A stretch of 64,000 bases of DNA from Camelus dromedarius (Eukaryota): contig NC_087436.1 of the NCBI RefSeq assembly GCF_036321535.1, positions 33,978,001-34,042,000 of the forward strand. The letters run 5' to 3'. Below, piece after piece: positions 51,656 through 64,000 of the stretch; position 1 is the first letter of the stretch, and each line of letters opens with the position of its first letter. Under the pieces are notes generated by a model that was given only the letters and a program-made list of their open reading frames with translations, was not told the origin of the DNA and made no database searches. Made by a program: the position numbers and the translations under genes.

Positions 51656-54599
51656 CAAGCCAATAATCTGGTATGACAAAAATATTCTCTAGGAAGTACT
51701 TATCACTAGATTGCAGAAACATTGTTTTCCTCATATTTAAGTTCATTTTATAGAAAAGTAAACACTGAAGCCACAGTACTTAACTGATAGAGTTAATTTG
51801 TCAATAGTTTAAAACAAAGATCATTTTTACTTAAAAGCATCAGATTAAACTAAATTATTTTATTAAATAGTATTATTGTTATCGCAAATTATCTTCTACG
51901 GATGATGACCAGGAGCCTGCTGCTAAATCAAGGAAGAACTGTTTCTGTCATCAGAGTGGCAGTAAACAAGCAATACAAAATTACAGTTGTATAAACAAGC
52001 TCAAGATTAATGGCTCACACACTGTTTTCCTTTCTTTGGCCCCTTTGGTAGGTCAAATGACCGTTTAGACCACCTACTCTCAATCTCACCGCACACCGAC
52101 ACATAGCTCTTAGGGTTTTCTTAGATTTCCCACTACCCCCTACCCAACACACACACTTGATTTTTTTTTCATTTAAAGTTACAGGAAAATGAAAAATAGA
52201 AGAACCAATTAAGAGAAAGAAGGAAAGATGAAAGCCAGCAATTTCACATGTGTTCTTTTGCATGGTGCTAATCACATACCTAACTAAAGCAACCCTTCAA
52301 ATTTAGATCTAAATCAGTGGTAGGCAACTATAGAAAAAAACACCAACACTAACTATACTGATTCTCCAAATTCCATTTAATTTTTCTTTGTAAGTCAATA
52401 AAATTGATTCACTCCCAATAAAATGCCACAACACTGTTATCTATGAGTTGAGATTTCTCAGCAATTTAGCACTTTAAACAAGACCACAGTTAAATATATC
52501 TACTCATTCAACTCCAAAACTCTCCTCATCTTTAGTGATATTTTCTGAAAAGCTAACTGAATTTAAGCTGAAAATGGTTGGTTTTTAAAATTATACCTTT
52601 TGTTTCTTAGATTCTTTCTCCTCCCTTAAAATCTTTCTTCCTTTTATAAAGGGGAGTTACTTATCTTTAGCCTTAATTTGTGCCTGCAACACTGAAGCTT
52701 AAAAACAAAATGGAACAATTTTACTTAAAGAACATGTATTTGGAAGTTAAGTGAACATACATTTATTTGTACATTGTATTTATTTAATAATGGAAATATC
52801 ACATTTCATTATTCAATGCACTTTTTTTCAAGGTTGCTATACTTTGATCACATTTGATATAGCATTTTGCTTAGAACCCACAGATCTGTCCTTATGGAAG
52901 TTATTTTCAAATGCCCCATCTCTCTTTTATAACTAGTAAGTAATCTTGCTAAGCAAGTTTTTTTTTTTAAATTAATGTTTCCAAAATGTATTTTCCCCTA
53001 AAAGTTAGAGAATCAGCAATAATTAAGTTTATTTTGCAAAGCTCTATGAGTACTCTAAAGGATTTCCTCCAAAGGCAGACAAACGCTAAATGTGATGTGA
53101 GTGCATCCACATGGAAGAAGAGATGTCAAAAGAAAAAAAAATCATAAAACAAAAATATCTCTAGACCAAAAGATGTTTCCTGTTTCTGATCCTAGATGTG
53201 TTACAATTTTACAGATCATTTTCCCCAAAATGTCTCTTATCTGGTATTTTTCCAAGTCGTATTTTGGAAGAGAAATAGGTCAAGTTCTATTCAGTACAAA
53301 AAACAGTTTGCAGTACTTGCTACTCATTCAGTACATTTACAAATAATAAACAATTTTTGTTTTCTTCGACAGAGAAAATGTGGCTTTTTGAAGACTGCTG
53401 GAAAGGAAGTGTTCACAAAATGCCACATGACAAATTACAAAAAAAAAAAAAAAAAAAAAAGAAACAATCCAAACTACCAATTTGGGATGTCACTGGAGTC
53501 TATTCCCTGTAAAGAAATCTGACGAGCATTCCCTCAGAGACATAACTAGGCAGAAAAATGATGCAAAACTAAGAAAAATGAAGTCAATTGGAAGCAGAAT
53601 AGAGAAAGTGAAGCAAGCCAAACTAGGTCATGAAACAAGGAGTATAAAGATAAATTTATATAATAATGAATACACAAAGTAGAAAACACTTAATAATAAT
53701 GCAAATGTTTAAAATTAATTTTTAGAGCATTCAATATTTTATTTTATGAAAGGAAAAACATCAAGTATAAAAGGGAATTGATAGTTCAAAATCTTTTGAA
53801 ATTTTTCAGTTTTATTCCTTTATAAAGGAATCTCAGAAACTAGTTTAATGAAAGGAAGGGACAGAGTTGTGCTTTGGGACTTTTTCTATAGATATTCTTC
53901 ACTAAATGTTTAGATTATTATATATATATGAAAGTTTATTTTAATAGATGGCTACATGTGAATTCTCCATGTCAGCTACATGAGTTAATATGAAGACATA
54001 TGAATGTAGGACATTATATTAAAAGCCATTTTTTTCTCCAAAAGGAGAAAAATAAATGTAATAATTTGGGAGGTAAGAACTGCCTACTGTAAGTCCAATT
54101 TTAAATTAAATCAAGTTATCTGTACTTGCTGTATTTAAATAAATAAATACATTTAGCACTTTCTTGCTAATATAACTCATGCCCCTAAAGAAGAATTAGA
54201 GAACATGAGAAACATTTTAAAACTTTAAACATTATTACCCAAAGAAAATAACTCATAAAAAGATGATCTATTTTCCCATTCCATCTTTTTTCTATTCAGT
54301 TTATTATTGTTCTTGTTTTTGGCTTTATTGTTCTATTGTTGTTTGTCTTTATCTACTGGTAATCATATGTAACTTGTTTCTGTGTGTGTTTTCCTTAAAA
54401 CGTTTATTATAAACATTTTCCACATTACTATAAATGAGCATAGAAGGCACTTTCAGTCATAATATAATCATGTGAAAGTAGAATATTGTACTTATTCTTC
54501 TATTAGTAAATGTGCTTTCATTCTTAATGTCTACATAAGATTTTAGTTTGGTAGACTCTGTGATCAACTTAAAATAGACTATCATAACTATAAAATGTT

Positions 54600-57500
54600 T
54601 TATGCAAAAGAAAAGTGAATTGCCACATACAAGGTGACATACCAAGTGAATTGTCACATACTTCTATAAGGTATCAGCAGGCTTTTCAGCAGAAACCTTC
54701 AAGCCTAGAGAGAGTCAGATGGTATATTCAAAGTGCTGGAAGAAAAAGTCTACCAACCACAAATACTTTACCCAAAAATTTGTCCTCCAGAAATGAAGGA
54801 GAGGTAAGACTTTTCCAGAAAAAAAAAAAAAAAAAGGCTGAGGGCGTTCATCACCACTGGACCTGCCTTATAAGAAATGCTAAAGAGACTTCTTCAAGCT
54901 GAAATGAAAAGATGCTAATTAATAACATGAGGACATATGAAAATATGAAACTCACTGATAATATTAAGTATATGGTCAAAATCAGAATACTCTAATAGTG
55001 TAATGGTGGTGTATCAGTCTTCTACAAGAGACTCACTTGAACTTTAAGGACACAGACAGGCTGCAAATGAAGCAGTGGAAAAAATACTCCATGCAAATGG
55101 AACCAAAAGAAAGCCAGAGTATCTATACTTATATCAGACAAAGTAGACCTTAAGTCAAAACTGTAGCAAGAGACAAAAAACTATTATATAATGATAAAAG
55201 GGTTAATAAATCAAGAAGATATAATAATTATAACTATATATGCATGGACATTGGAGCACCAAAATACATGAAGCAAATATTCACAGAACTGAAGTGAGAA
55301 ATAAACAGCAATATAATAGTATTAGGGAACTTCAATACCCCATTTTCAACAATGAATAGAACATTCAAGACAGATAATCAATTAAGAAATGTTGGAATTG
55401 AGCTGCACTTTAAACCAGGTGGATCTAACATGCATAAACAGAAGTTTCCATTAAACAACAGTAGAATACAAAGTCTTCTTATGCACACATGGAGCATTCT
55501 GCAGGATAGATCAAAAGCTGGGTCACAAGTCTTCACAAAGTAAAGAAGAATGAAATCATATCAAATACTTTTTCTGAGCACCCAAGTATAAAACTGTAAT
55601 CAATAAACAACAGGAGGAAAATGGGAAAATTCATAAGTATGTGGAAATTAAACACATTCCTAAACAACCAATAGGTAAAAGAAGAAGTCAAAAGGGAAAT
55701 CAAATAATACTCTGAGAAAAATGAAAATGGAAACACAACAAACCAAAACTTATAGTATGCAGTAAAAGCAATTCTAAGAGGGAAATTTATAGCAATAAAA
55801 GCCTACATTAAGAAAAAAGAAAAGTCTCAAATTGACAACCTAAATTTATACCTCAAGGAACTAGAAAAATAAGAACAAACTGAGCCCAAACTTAGCAGAA
55901 GGAAGGAAATAACAAAGGAATAAGTAAAAACAGAGACTCCAAAAACAGTGGGAATTATCAACAAAAATGAGTTTTTTTTTGAGAAGATAAATTTTTAGCA
56001 AGACTAACTGAGAAAATAAAAAAGAAACTCAAATGAATAAAATCAGAAATGAAAGAGGAGATATTGTAATTAATGCCACAAAAATAAAAAAAATTATGAG
56101 ACTACTCTGAAAAATTATATACCAATAAATTGGATAACCTAGAAGAAATAGATAAATTACTTATGTAGATACATACAAACTACCAAGACTGAATGATGAA
56201 GGAAAATATAATCTGAACAAGCCATGATGAGTAACAATATTGAATCAGTAATTCCCGCAAAGAAGCCCAGGACCAGATGGCTTCACTGGTGAATTTGACC
56301 AAACTTTTAACAAGGCATTAATATCAATTCTTTTCACACTTTTCCAGAAAATTGAAGAGGAAGAAACACTTCCAGCATTATGAGGCCAGCCAGCATTACC
56401 TTGATACCAAAACTAGACAAGGACACTACAAGAAACGAAAATTACAGGCCAATATCTCTGATCAATATAGATGCTAACGTCCCAACAAAATAATAGCAAA
56501 CTGAATTTAACAGTACATTAAAAAGATCATAGTATGATCAATTTGGATTCTTCCCTGGAATGCAAGTATAGTTCAACGTATGCAAAAAAAATAAATAAAT
56601 GTGATATACCACATTAACAGAATGAAGGATAAAAAATCATATATTATCTTAGTAGATAAAGAAAAAAATTTGGCAAAACTCAACATTCTTTCATGGTAAA
56701 ACTCTCGACAAATTAGGTATAGAAGCACGGTACCTCAACATAATAAAAGCCATATATAACAAACTTACAGCTAACATCATGCTCAACAGTGAAAAGTTAA
56801 AAGCTTTGTCTAATATCAGAAATGAGACAAGGATGCCTATTGTTGCTACTTCTATTCAGCACATTACTGGAACTCTTAAGAGTAGTTAGACAAGAGAAGG
56901 AAAATAAATGTGAAAATATCCCATGTTCATGGATGAAAAGAATTAATATTGTTAAAATGTCTATACTATGCAAAGTGATCAACAGATCCAAAGCAATCCC
57001 TATGAGAGTTCCAGTAACTGTTTTTTCACAGAAATAGAAAAAAGCAATCCTAAAACTTGGGTGGAACCACAAAAGTCCCCTCAAACCCAAAGGAATTTTG
57101 AGAAAGAGACATTATACTTCCTTATATCCAACTGTATTACACAGCTATACTAATCAAGACAGCATAATACTGGCATATGACAGACACATGTACCAATGGA
57201 ACAGAATAGAAAGCCTCGTAATAAAGCCATACATATGAGGCCAACTAGTCTTCAGCAATATCACCAAGAATACAAAAGGGGAAATGATAGCCTTTTCAAT
57301 AAATGATGTTGGGAAAATTGGGTACTCACAAGCAAAAGAATGAAACTAGACCCTTACCTTATATCACACACACAAAAAAAAAAACAACTCAAAATGGATG
57401 AAATATCTAAACAGAGATCTGAAATCATAAAACGTCTTGAAGAAAATGGGAAAATTCCTTGATACTGGTCTTGGCAATGTTTTTTTGGAGATAGCATAAG

Positions 57501-58693
57501 AAGGAAAGGCAACAAAGTAAAAAGTAAACAAGTGGGATTACATCAAGCTGAACAATGTCTGCACAACAAAGGATACAATCAACAAAATGAAAAGATATCC
57601 TACAGATTAGGAGAAAATCTTTGCTAACTATATATTTGATAAGGGATTAATATCTAAAATATGTAATGAATTCATATAACTCAATAGCAAAACAAAACAA
57701 AACAGAAAACCAACTAAAAAATGCGCAAGGAAATTGGAAAGACATTTTCCAAAGAAGACATAAAAATGACCAAAAGGTATATGAAAATGTATTCAACATC
57801 ACTAATAATCAAGGAAGTGCAAAGCAAAGTCCAATGATATATCATCTTAAGCCTGTTGGGATGGCTATTACTAAAAAAATAAATAACAGGCAGTGGCAAG
57901 GATGTGGAGAAAAGGGAACCTTGGTGCACTGTGGGTGGGAAGGTAAACTGGTACGGCCATTATGGAAAACAGCATAGATGTTCCTCAAAAAATTAAAAAC
58001 AGAACTGGGCATTTATCCAAAGGAATTGAAATCAAGATCTCAAAGAGGTATCTGTACTCTCATGTTCCTCCTATAATAGCCAGTATACAACCTAAATGTC
58101 CATCAACAGATGAACGGATGAAGAAAACACATAAAATAGACTATTATTCATCCTTCAAAAAGAAAGAAGTTCTGCCATTTGCAACAACATGGATAGACCT
58201 GGAGGACATTATGCTAAGTGAAATAAGCCAGACACAGAAAGACAAATGCTGTCTTATCTCACTCACATGTGAAACTTAAAATAGTCAAACTCATAAAACC
58301 AGGGAGTAGGACAGTAGTTGCCAGGGATTTGGGGGAAAGGAAAGTGGGGAAGTAATGGTGAAAGTGTACAAAAATAAGTAAATTCTGAAGATCTGTTTTA
58401 TAGCATAGTGCCTATAGCTAACAATACTATATTGTATACTTAAAATTTGCTAAGAGAGTAGATCTTATGTTATGTGTTCTTACCATAGTTACACACACAC
58501 GCACAGATAATAATAATAATAGTAATAGGGGCTGGCAGAAATTTGGGAGGTGATTAATATGTTTATGGCATTGATGGTGTTAATAATGGATTCACTAGTG
58601 TATACTTACCCAAAACTTACTGAGTTGTATGCATAAATATGCATAGCATCTTACATGTCAGTCATACCTCAATAAAGTGATTTAAAAAGAAAA
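54600..58693 (+). mobile_element. Old ~4.1-kb L1 (L1MA/L1MB-like): ORF1 3' end, decayed ORF2, 3' UTR, with internal deletions
   Basis: ORF1-like tcagcagaaacc; LQETH at ~55022; agcccaggaccagatggcttcactggtgaa; MRQGC...; aataaa at 58671. Many stops and frameshifts. Confidence 0.95.
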
Positions 58694-58929
58694 TATGACT
58701 GTGTGATAGATACATAGTATAAGGACACATTAGACATAATGGTACCATATAAACAAAAAACTTTTTATGCGGTATGTATATATATCCATTAGCATAGTGG
58801 TCAGTAGATAGTAGATAAATGAATAAAATACATTTATATTAAATAAATAAAAAATAATATTCTCAAGTTAAGAAAATACTTTATAGCACAAATGGCATCA
58901 TTGTCAATATCTGATTTCATTGTCTCTGA

Positions 58930-60200
58930 ATTCTGGTAAAGAGGAGGGGATTTAGATCATGTAGGGTTTTACAGACATTTTACAGGATATGGGAAGCTTC
59001 TGTAAGGTTTTGAACAGCTAATTGACACATTCTAGCTTATATGTATTATAAGGATTGCTCGAGATACTATTTTGAGGAGAAACAGTAAAAACGGAAGTAG
59101 ACAAACCTGTTGTGTTGTTAATTGCAGTAATCCAGATGAGAAATCATGGTGAGTTGGACTAGGTTCACAGTAGTAAAGAGTTGAGTAATGGCCATTTATG
59201 GGATAGATATTGATGGCAGAGCCAGTCACTCTGTTGATGAATTGGACGTAGAGTGTGAGAGAAAGAGAGAAGTCAAGAATAACTCCAAAGTTTGAGCAAA
59301 TGGAAAAAAGGGAGATGCCATTCACTAAAATGCAGATTACATGAATAGCAGAACTTTCCAGGGAGAGTAGGAGTTGTGTGGCAACTGGAGTAGGGGTGGT
59401 GTGGCAAGATCAGGAGTTCAGTTCAAAAGTAAGCTACTATTACAACATTGTAAAATGACTATAACTCAATTAAAAAATGAAAAAAACCAAAAAATAAAAA
59501 TAAGCTATCAATTAGGCATCCAAGAGAAGATTTAAAGTAAGCATTTGGATATATGAATCTGAAATTTAGGAAACATGTGGACTGGAAATGTAAATGTGAG
59601 GGTCATTGGAATACAAATAGCTTTTAAAACTCGGAGTGCATCAAAGAAGTGAGTACAAGAAGAGTTCTAAAGACTGTGCTCTGGGTGCACTCCAGCGTGA
59701 AGCCATTGGGTAGGAAAAAGAAGACTAGGTAGAGGCAGGACCACCAAAAGATACTACTGTTACTCTTACTTACAAGAGAAAATGGACATAGACAACTCTT
59801 TATGGAGATATTACCGCAGGGGGAATGGAGAAATGATGCTGAAGTTTGTGGGCAAATTGTTGAGAGGAGTAGTTTTCAATTCATTTCGTTTAAGCTTGTG
59901 AAACCAATAGCATGTCTGTATGCACATGAGAATTCTGAGAAGAAATCCATGATTTTGGAGAGAAAGTGAAGAAGTGATGGTGCAATACAGAAGAGGTAGA
60001 TGAAATCCACAGTGGAGGAAATGACTTTAGGTAGGAGCATGGAGAAGTCACCTCTATTTATGGGCAAAGAAGCCAGAGCACATGCTGGTAGGAGGGTAGA
60101 CATGTTATCTGAGCTTGTGGAAGTTCATTTCTGGTTGCTTTAATTTTCCCACTAAAATATTTGGAAAGATCATCCGCTGAAAGTGAGGATAGGAAAAGAG
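58930..60200 (-). mobile_element. L2 fragment (~1.2 kb)
   Basis: attgcagtaatccagatgagaaatcatgg...gagaagtcaagaataactccaaagtttg...gatgccattcact...caggagttcagtt. Confidence 0.85.
59442..59500 (+). mobile_element. Extremely truncated young L1 3' end (29 bp + A tail)
   Basis: acaacattgtaaaatgactataactcaat (59442-59470) is identical to 15497-15525. Flanks aaaagtaagcta (59425-59436) and aaaaataagcta (59496-59507) match 11/12. Confidence 0.88.
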
Positions 60201-62417
60201 TTGTTTTGGGTTTGAGATTGGTGGCCACAACCTGAAGTGAGTACAGTCCACTTGGTTAAGAGATTTTTTCCAGCAATTTGCTGCCACCCATATTATTTAT
60301 AATTTCACAAATTAATGTTAAGCCATGTTTCTTTTCAGAGTATTTTTTTTCAAAATGAAGTTTTAAAATGTATCTCCGTCATCTACTCTCTCATTCACTT
60401 GAGTCTTTGAGCCAATATTGTAATGTTTTAGCTCAATTATACCTTGTTTTGAGGTTAACAATCAGAATAGCATTTTGTTCCTTCAGATTTTGCAAAGAAA
60501 GGTAGAGTTTGGGGAGTTGGCTAGAAAATATCCAGAAAGGGAATGCCACACTCGCCAAATACCTATCTCCTAATTGGCTCCTTAATTCAATGTTTCTATG
60601 TGTGTGTGGGACAGGATATGTCATAAGTATATGACATTCATATGTAATTGCATGTTTTCACTGGTACAAAATTATAGTCTATGTATCTATATAATTTTAC
60701 AATGCAGAATCATTCTAGAACTTAGTGAATTCCTATTTAGACTGGAAGTATGCTAACCTCTGAAGTGGAAGTGGGGCACAGTATTTTCCTAGTGGGAATC
60801 AAGACCAAGGTGGTCTTCATTGTATTCTGGTAAGAATCTCATCGCCACAAATTGAATCAAGGGTAACTCCTTCAAAGCATGTGATAGTAAATGGGGACTA
60901 AGCCCATGAGGCAGGGAACAAGCAATCATTCGCTATTTGTATGTTAATTTGCTCTTAACTTTCAAAAAAATTAAATCTAAGAGTTATAAATTTCCTCCTC
61001 TAACTTTACAATACTGAAGTAGTTTCAGCAAAATTACTCACAATTTAAATTTTGGGCCAAATGTTAATATTTATTTTATCCAAGGGAGTTTTTCTTAGCC
61101 AATATTTAAAGAGCACATATGGTTCTTTTCTGTGGAAAATACTTAATATGTGTTTTTAGAAATATGAAAATAATAACAGCAAAAGTAATCTATCATTCAT
61201 GCATTTCCAAGTGCTCAGGCAGAAAAAAAAACCCAAATAGTTTTGTTTTCTTAAATTTTATTCAGCAGTTTTAAAATTCCATATTTCATTTAATTTTGGC
61301 ATTATTTGTTTTACCATTTCTTATTCATTAATTTTCTCTGTTGTTTTTCTTTCCTTACCTCATTTCTTCATTCAGAAAAAGTAATGATAATGTTATTTTA
61401 AGTTACAAAGATAAGCTGTATTAACCACGACTGTTTTAAAACAAATTATTAAATATATAAAATTTACTCACTCATAATGAATAGTTAGGTTGCAGATAGT
61501 ACATATATTATTATAAAAACTAGTATTTCAAGTTTTCAAAATTAAACTTTGATAAAATACAAATTGGAATCATAGGTTTTCTGCAACAATTTTTGCCATT
61601 CTTTTGTTTAACTTTTCATTTTCAAACATGGTATTTTTTATCTCCAGATGTGTAGCACTGGGAGAAATTTATGATTAGTATGATAATTTTTATCCCAGTT
61701 TCACTTTATTGAATTTCATAGATAACAGTGGAAAGGAAGATAATTCTACTCAGAAAGACAAGACCTAAAAAGGTTAAATACATTAATTTAATCAGAGTAA
61801 TTATATTAAATGTGTTAGTGAGAACAAAATTTTAAACATATGGAAATGAAATTTTAAATAATAGGAACATCTTCAAAGAAGTATATAATATGCATAAGAA
61901 AATAGTGAAATAGTTATAACCTCTCCAGTGTCCTCTGGATAAGCGATTTCTATGTATTTTAGAAAGCTACCTCCTTTATTTGAATGGAATTCAATAAAAA
62001 AAATTTAGGTTCTCATACATATTTTATTATAACAAACGAGTATTTCTACTTATTAAGGCATAATAATACATATTTATCTGTAATAAATGAGTATTTCTGT
62101 GTACTAAGGCAGTGCATTACTTCAGTACATTAAATGCAAAGAAGGTTTAAGTGTTTAAGGGAAACACGTAAATAAACTTTAAATATTATATACACTTTGT
62201 GAAAAAGTTAATAGCAAGTAATGCTGGCAGAAAGTAATTTTGGAATAAATATGATACTCAGTCATATATAATAGAGTGTACAGTTCTTTCAGCAAGATTC
62301 TATGCTCAGTCTGCATTCTGCTTCCCATGTTCTGAACACTTTCCTTGACCACTTCTTTCTGCGTAAGATCCTGCCAGGACTCATGCTGGAATCCATGGAG
62401 ATAGACTAAAGTGGATT

Positions 62418-62545
62418 AAGAAAGGGAAAAAAAAGGAGAAAGAAAGAAGGAAAAAAGGAAGGAAGGGAAGAAGAGAAAGAAAAAGAAAGATAAGAAAGGA
62501 AAAAAGAAAATAAGGAAGGAAGGAAGGAAAAAAGAAAGAAAAAAG
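62418..62545. repeat. Polypurine (GA-rich) low-complexity tract
   Basis: ~128 bp of A/G with only two T (62491, 62511); gaaa/ggaa units. Confidence 0.95.
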
Positions 62546-63199
62546 TGCACACATTATTTACATTAATAAATGTAGGTTGGTGGTGAATTTGATCAACATT
62601 CAAGTATATTACATTTTTATTCCAAATTTAGTTTAAAATAGAAAATTTTATTTAAAATTGTGTTTATTTTCACAAGTAATTTAAGTGTAGTCATTTTGCT
62701 CTTTACTGTTATAAAAGCCTTAAGAAAAGATTATTTTCATAGAGTATCTGAATATGTGTTGTCCCTTGTTTGATGAAGGATAGTAGTACATTAACTATAA
62801 AAACAAATAGAGACAGAAAATATCTCGTCATGTAACCTGGTTTGAGCATTGAGTTATTCGATGTTTTGATTTGATTATCATAAGTATAAATAACTTAAAT
62901 AAAAAGATATCAATAGTTTAGTGTAAGTAATAGAAATCACATTTGAAAAAAAATTTAAAGGGCTGTTGTCATTTGCGTTTTCATGATGTGACCTTCTCCC
63001 TAGTTAGCTCCAGGCACGTATCTGCTTCAAAACAATTCAAACTATTAGAGTAAAAGTGCAAAGGTAAAGAAAACCCCAAAATCAGATTATGCTATTACAA
63101 ATAAGAATTTTCAAGAAGATACTAGACTTGAAAGTCAAGCATGGCTGAGGAAGAAATTTGTTTTAAAATTTATTTATCTCTCATTTTAACCATTCAAGA

Positions 63200-63960
63200 C
63201 TCAAACTGTGAACCAGACAGTAGCAGGAAGCCCTGGGTTGATAGGAAGAAATAAACAGACACTGAATCCTGGCATTCTAGGGAGAATGTTGGGAAAGGAA
63301 GCTGTCAGATATATGTCCTGATTTCTTCTCTGAGTTTGGCCTTCAGCCGTAGATGTGTTAAGGAAGCTGACGATGAGGAGCTCTTATCCAGTTCTCCATT
63401 TGGGACACTTGAAAGGGTCTTGCACAGAGGGTCCTAAGCCTCCACGAGGGGGAGCATTACAGTTATGGAATGAAGTAAAAGGGGCCATATAGATAAATAG
63501 ACTCTGGAATGATCTCCCAAGCTTCTCTTGGTTCCCACGTGGTAAGAATCTGCTATGATGGGGTGGAGTGACTCGACCAAGGATCCAGACGCAAGAGGTG
63601 GTAGAGTCTGCAAAGCAGCAAGGGCTGAGTAAGCAGAGAGCTGTTGATGGAGTGAAGAAAAATTGCATTTTGTGTTCATCAGCCCCAGATGTCAGCAGCA
63701 TCTGCCAGCAGAAAACCCTGAGAAAGGACCAGGCAACCAAATACTGTACCAGGCATGGAACACCCACTCTGCAGTGGTCTGAAAACCGATAAGTATCTGA
63801 CGAATCCAAATACTCTCCCCCCTTCCCTTGTATGTTCATAAAAGCTCCCAATTGGCTCTATCCCCGAATTTAACACCATCTTTGAGAATATTAAGTGCAT
63901 GGGAAGAGTGGAAATAAGAGTCAAGCAGTCATTTTCCAAAGACTGAGTATTTTCTTAAAA
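63200..63960. mobile_element. Possible ancient LTR (Gypsy-like MamGypLTR/LTR8x class)
   Basis: GC-richer block with ccccccttcccttg and tttaacaccatctttgagaa, reminiscent of ancient mammalian Gypsy-type LTRs. Recall only; ends undefined. Confidence 0.35.
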
Positions 63961-64000
63961 GACAGTTACAATTATTGAATTGGGTTAAGTTTGAAACCAA

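Noticed and set aside
51901..51990. C/D-box snoRNA starting at gatgatga
   Set aside because: No D box (CTGA) with a terminal stem at a suitable distance.
52049..52062. aggtca-aa-tgacc as an estrogen response element
   Set aside because: The spacer is 2 nt rather than 3, with no supporting context.
53439..53460. Long poly(A) run as a retro-insertion tail (also runs near 23401 and 33655)
   Set aside because: No convincing TSD or upstream element body; treated as simple mononucleotide repeats.
60618..60637. 8-bp-arm hairpin atgtcata-agta-tatgacat (and similar short ones near 25524, 42798, 44598, 60801)
   Set aside because: Arms this short, mostly AT-rich, are expected by chance in 64 kb.

Overview
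AT-rich, CpG-depleted placental-mammal genomic DNA, probably camelid (alpaca/llama/camel). That assignment rests on my recall of a tRNA-derived Vic-1-like SINE and the young L1 3' UTR, not on a database search. I see no recognisable host protein-coding gene, RNA gene, CpG island or prokaryotic system; the window reads as intergenic or deep-intronic. The long or recognisable ORFs are LINE-1 ORF1/ORF2 remnants and the rest look like chance ORFs. The window is a layered transposon record: young L1 insertions (a 5'-inverted twin-priming copy with an exact 11-bp TSD and an open 391-aa RT-containing frame, a 0.67-kb 3' fragment, a 29-bp micro-insertion and a probable solo poly(A) insertion), older L1M copies, MaLR/ERVL solo LTRs, hAT and Tigger MITEs, MIRs and L2s. 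The most curious non-repeat structures are a perfect 23-bp-stem hairpin (30547-30599) beside a strong 3' splice site, a regularly spaced cluster of GATA motifs set in mini-palindromes (36608-36672), and two candidate exons with good splice signals. I found no convincing novel biological system. Repeat family names come from remembered consensus sequences, and boundaries of old elements are approximate.
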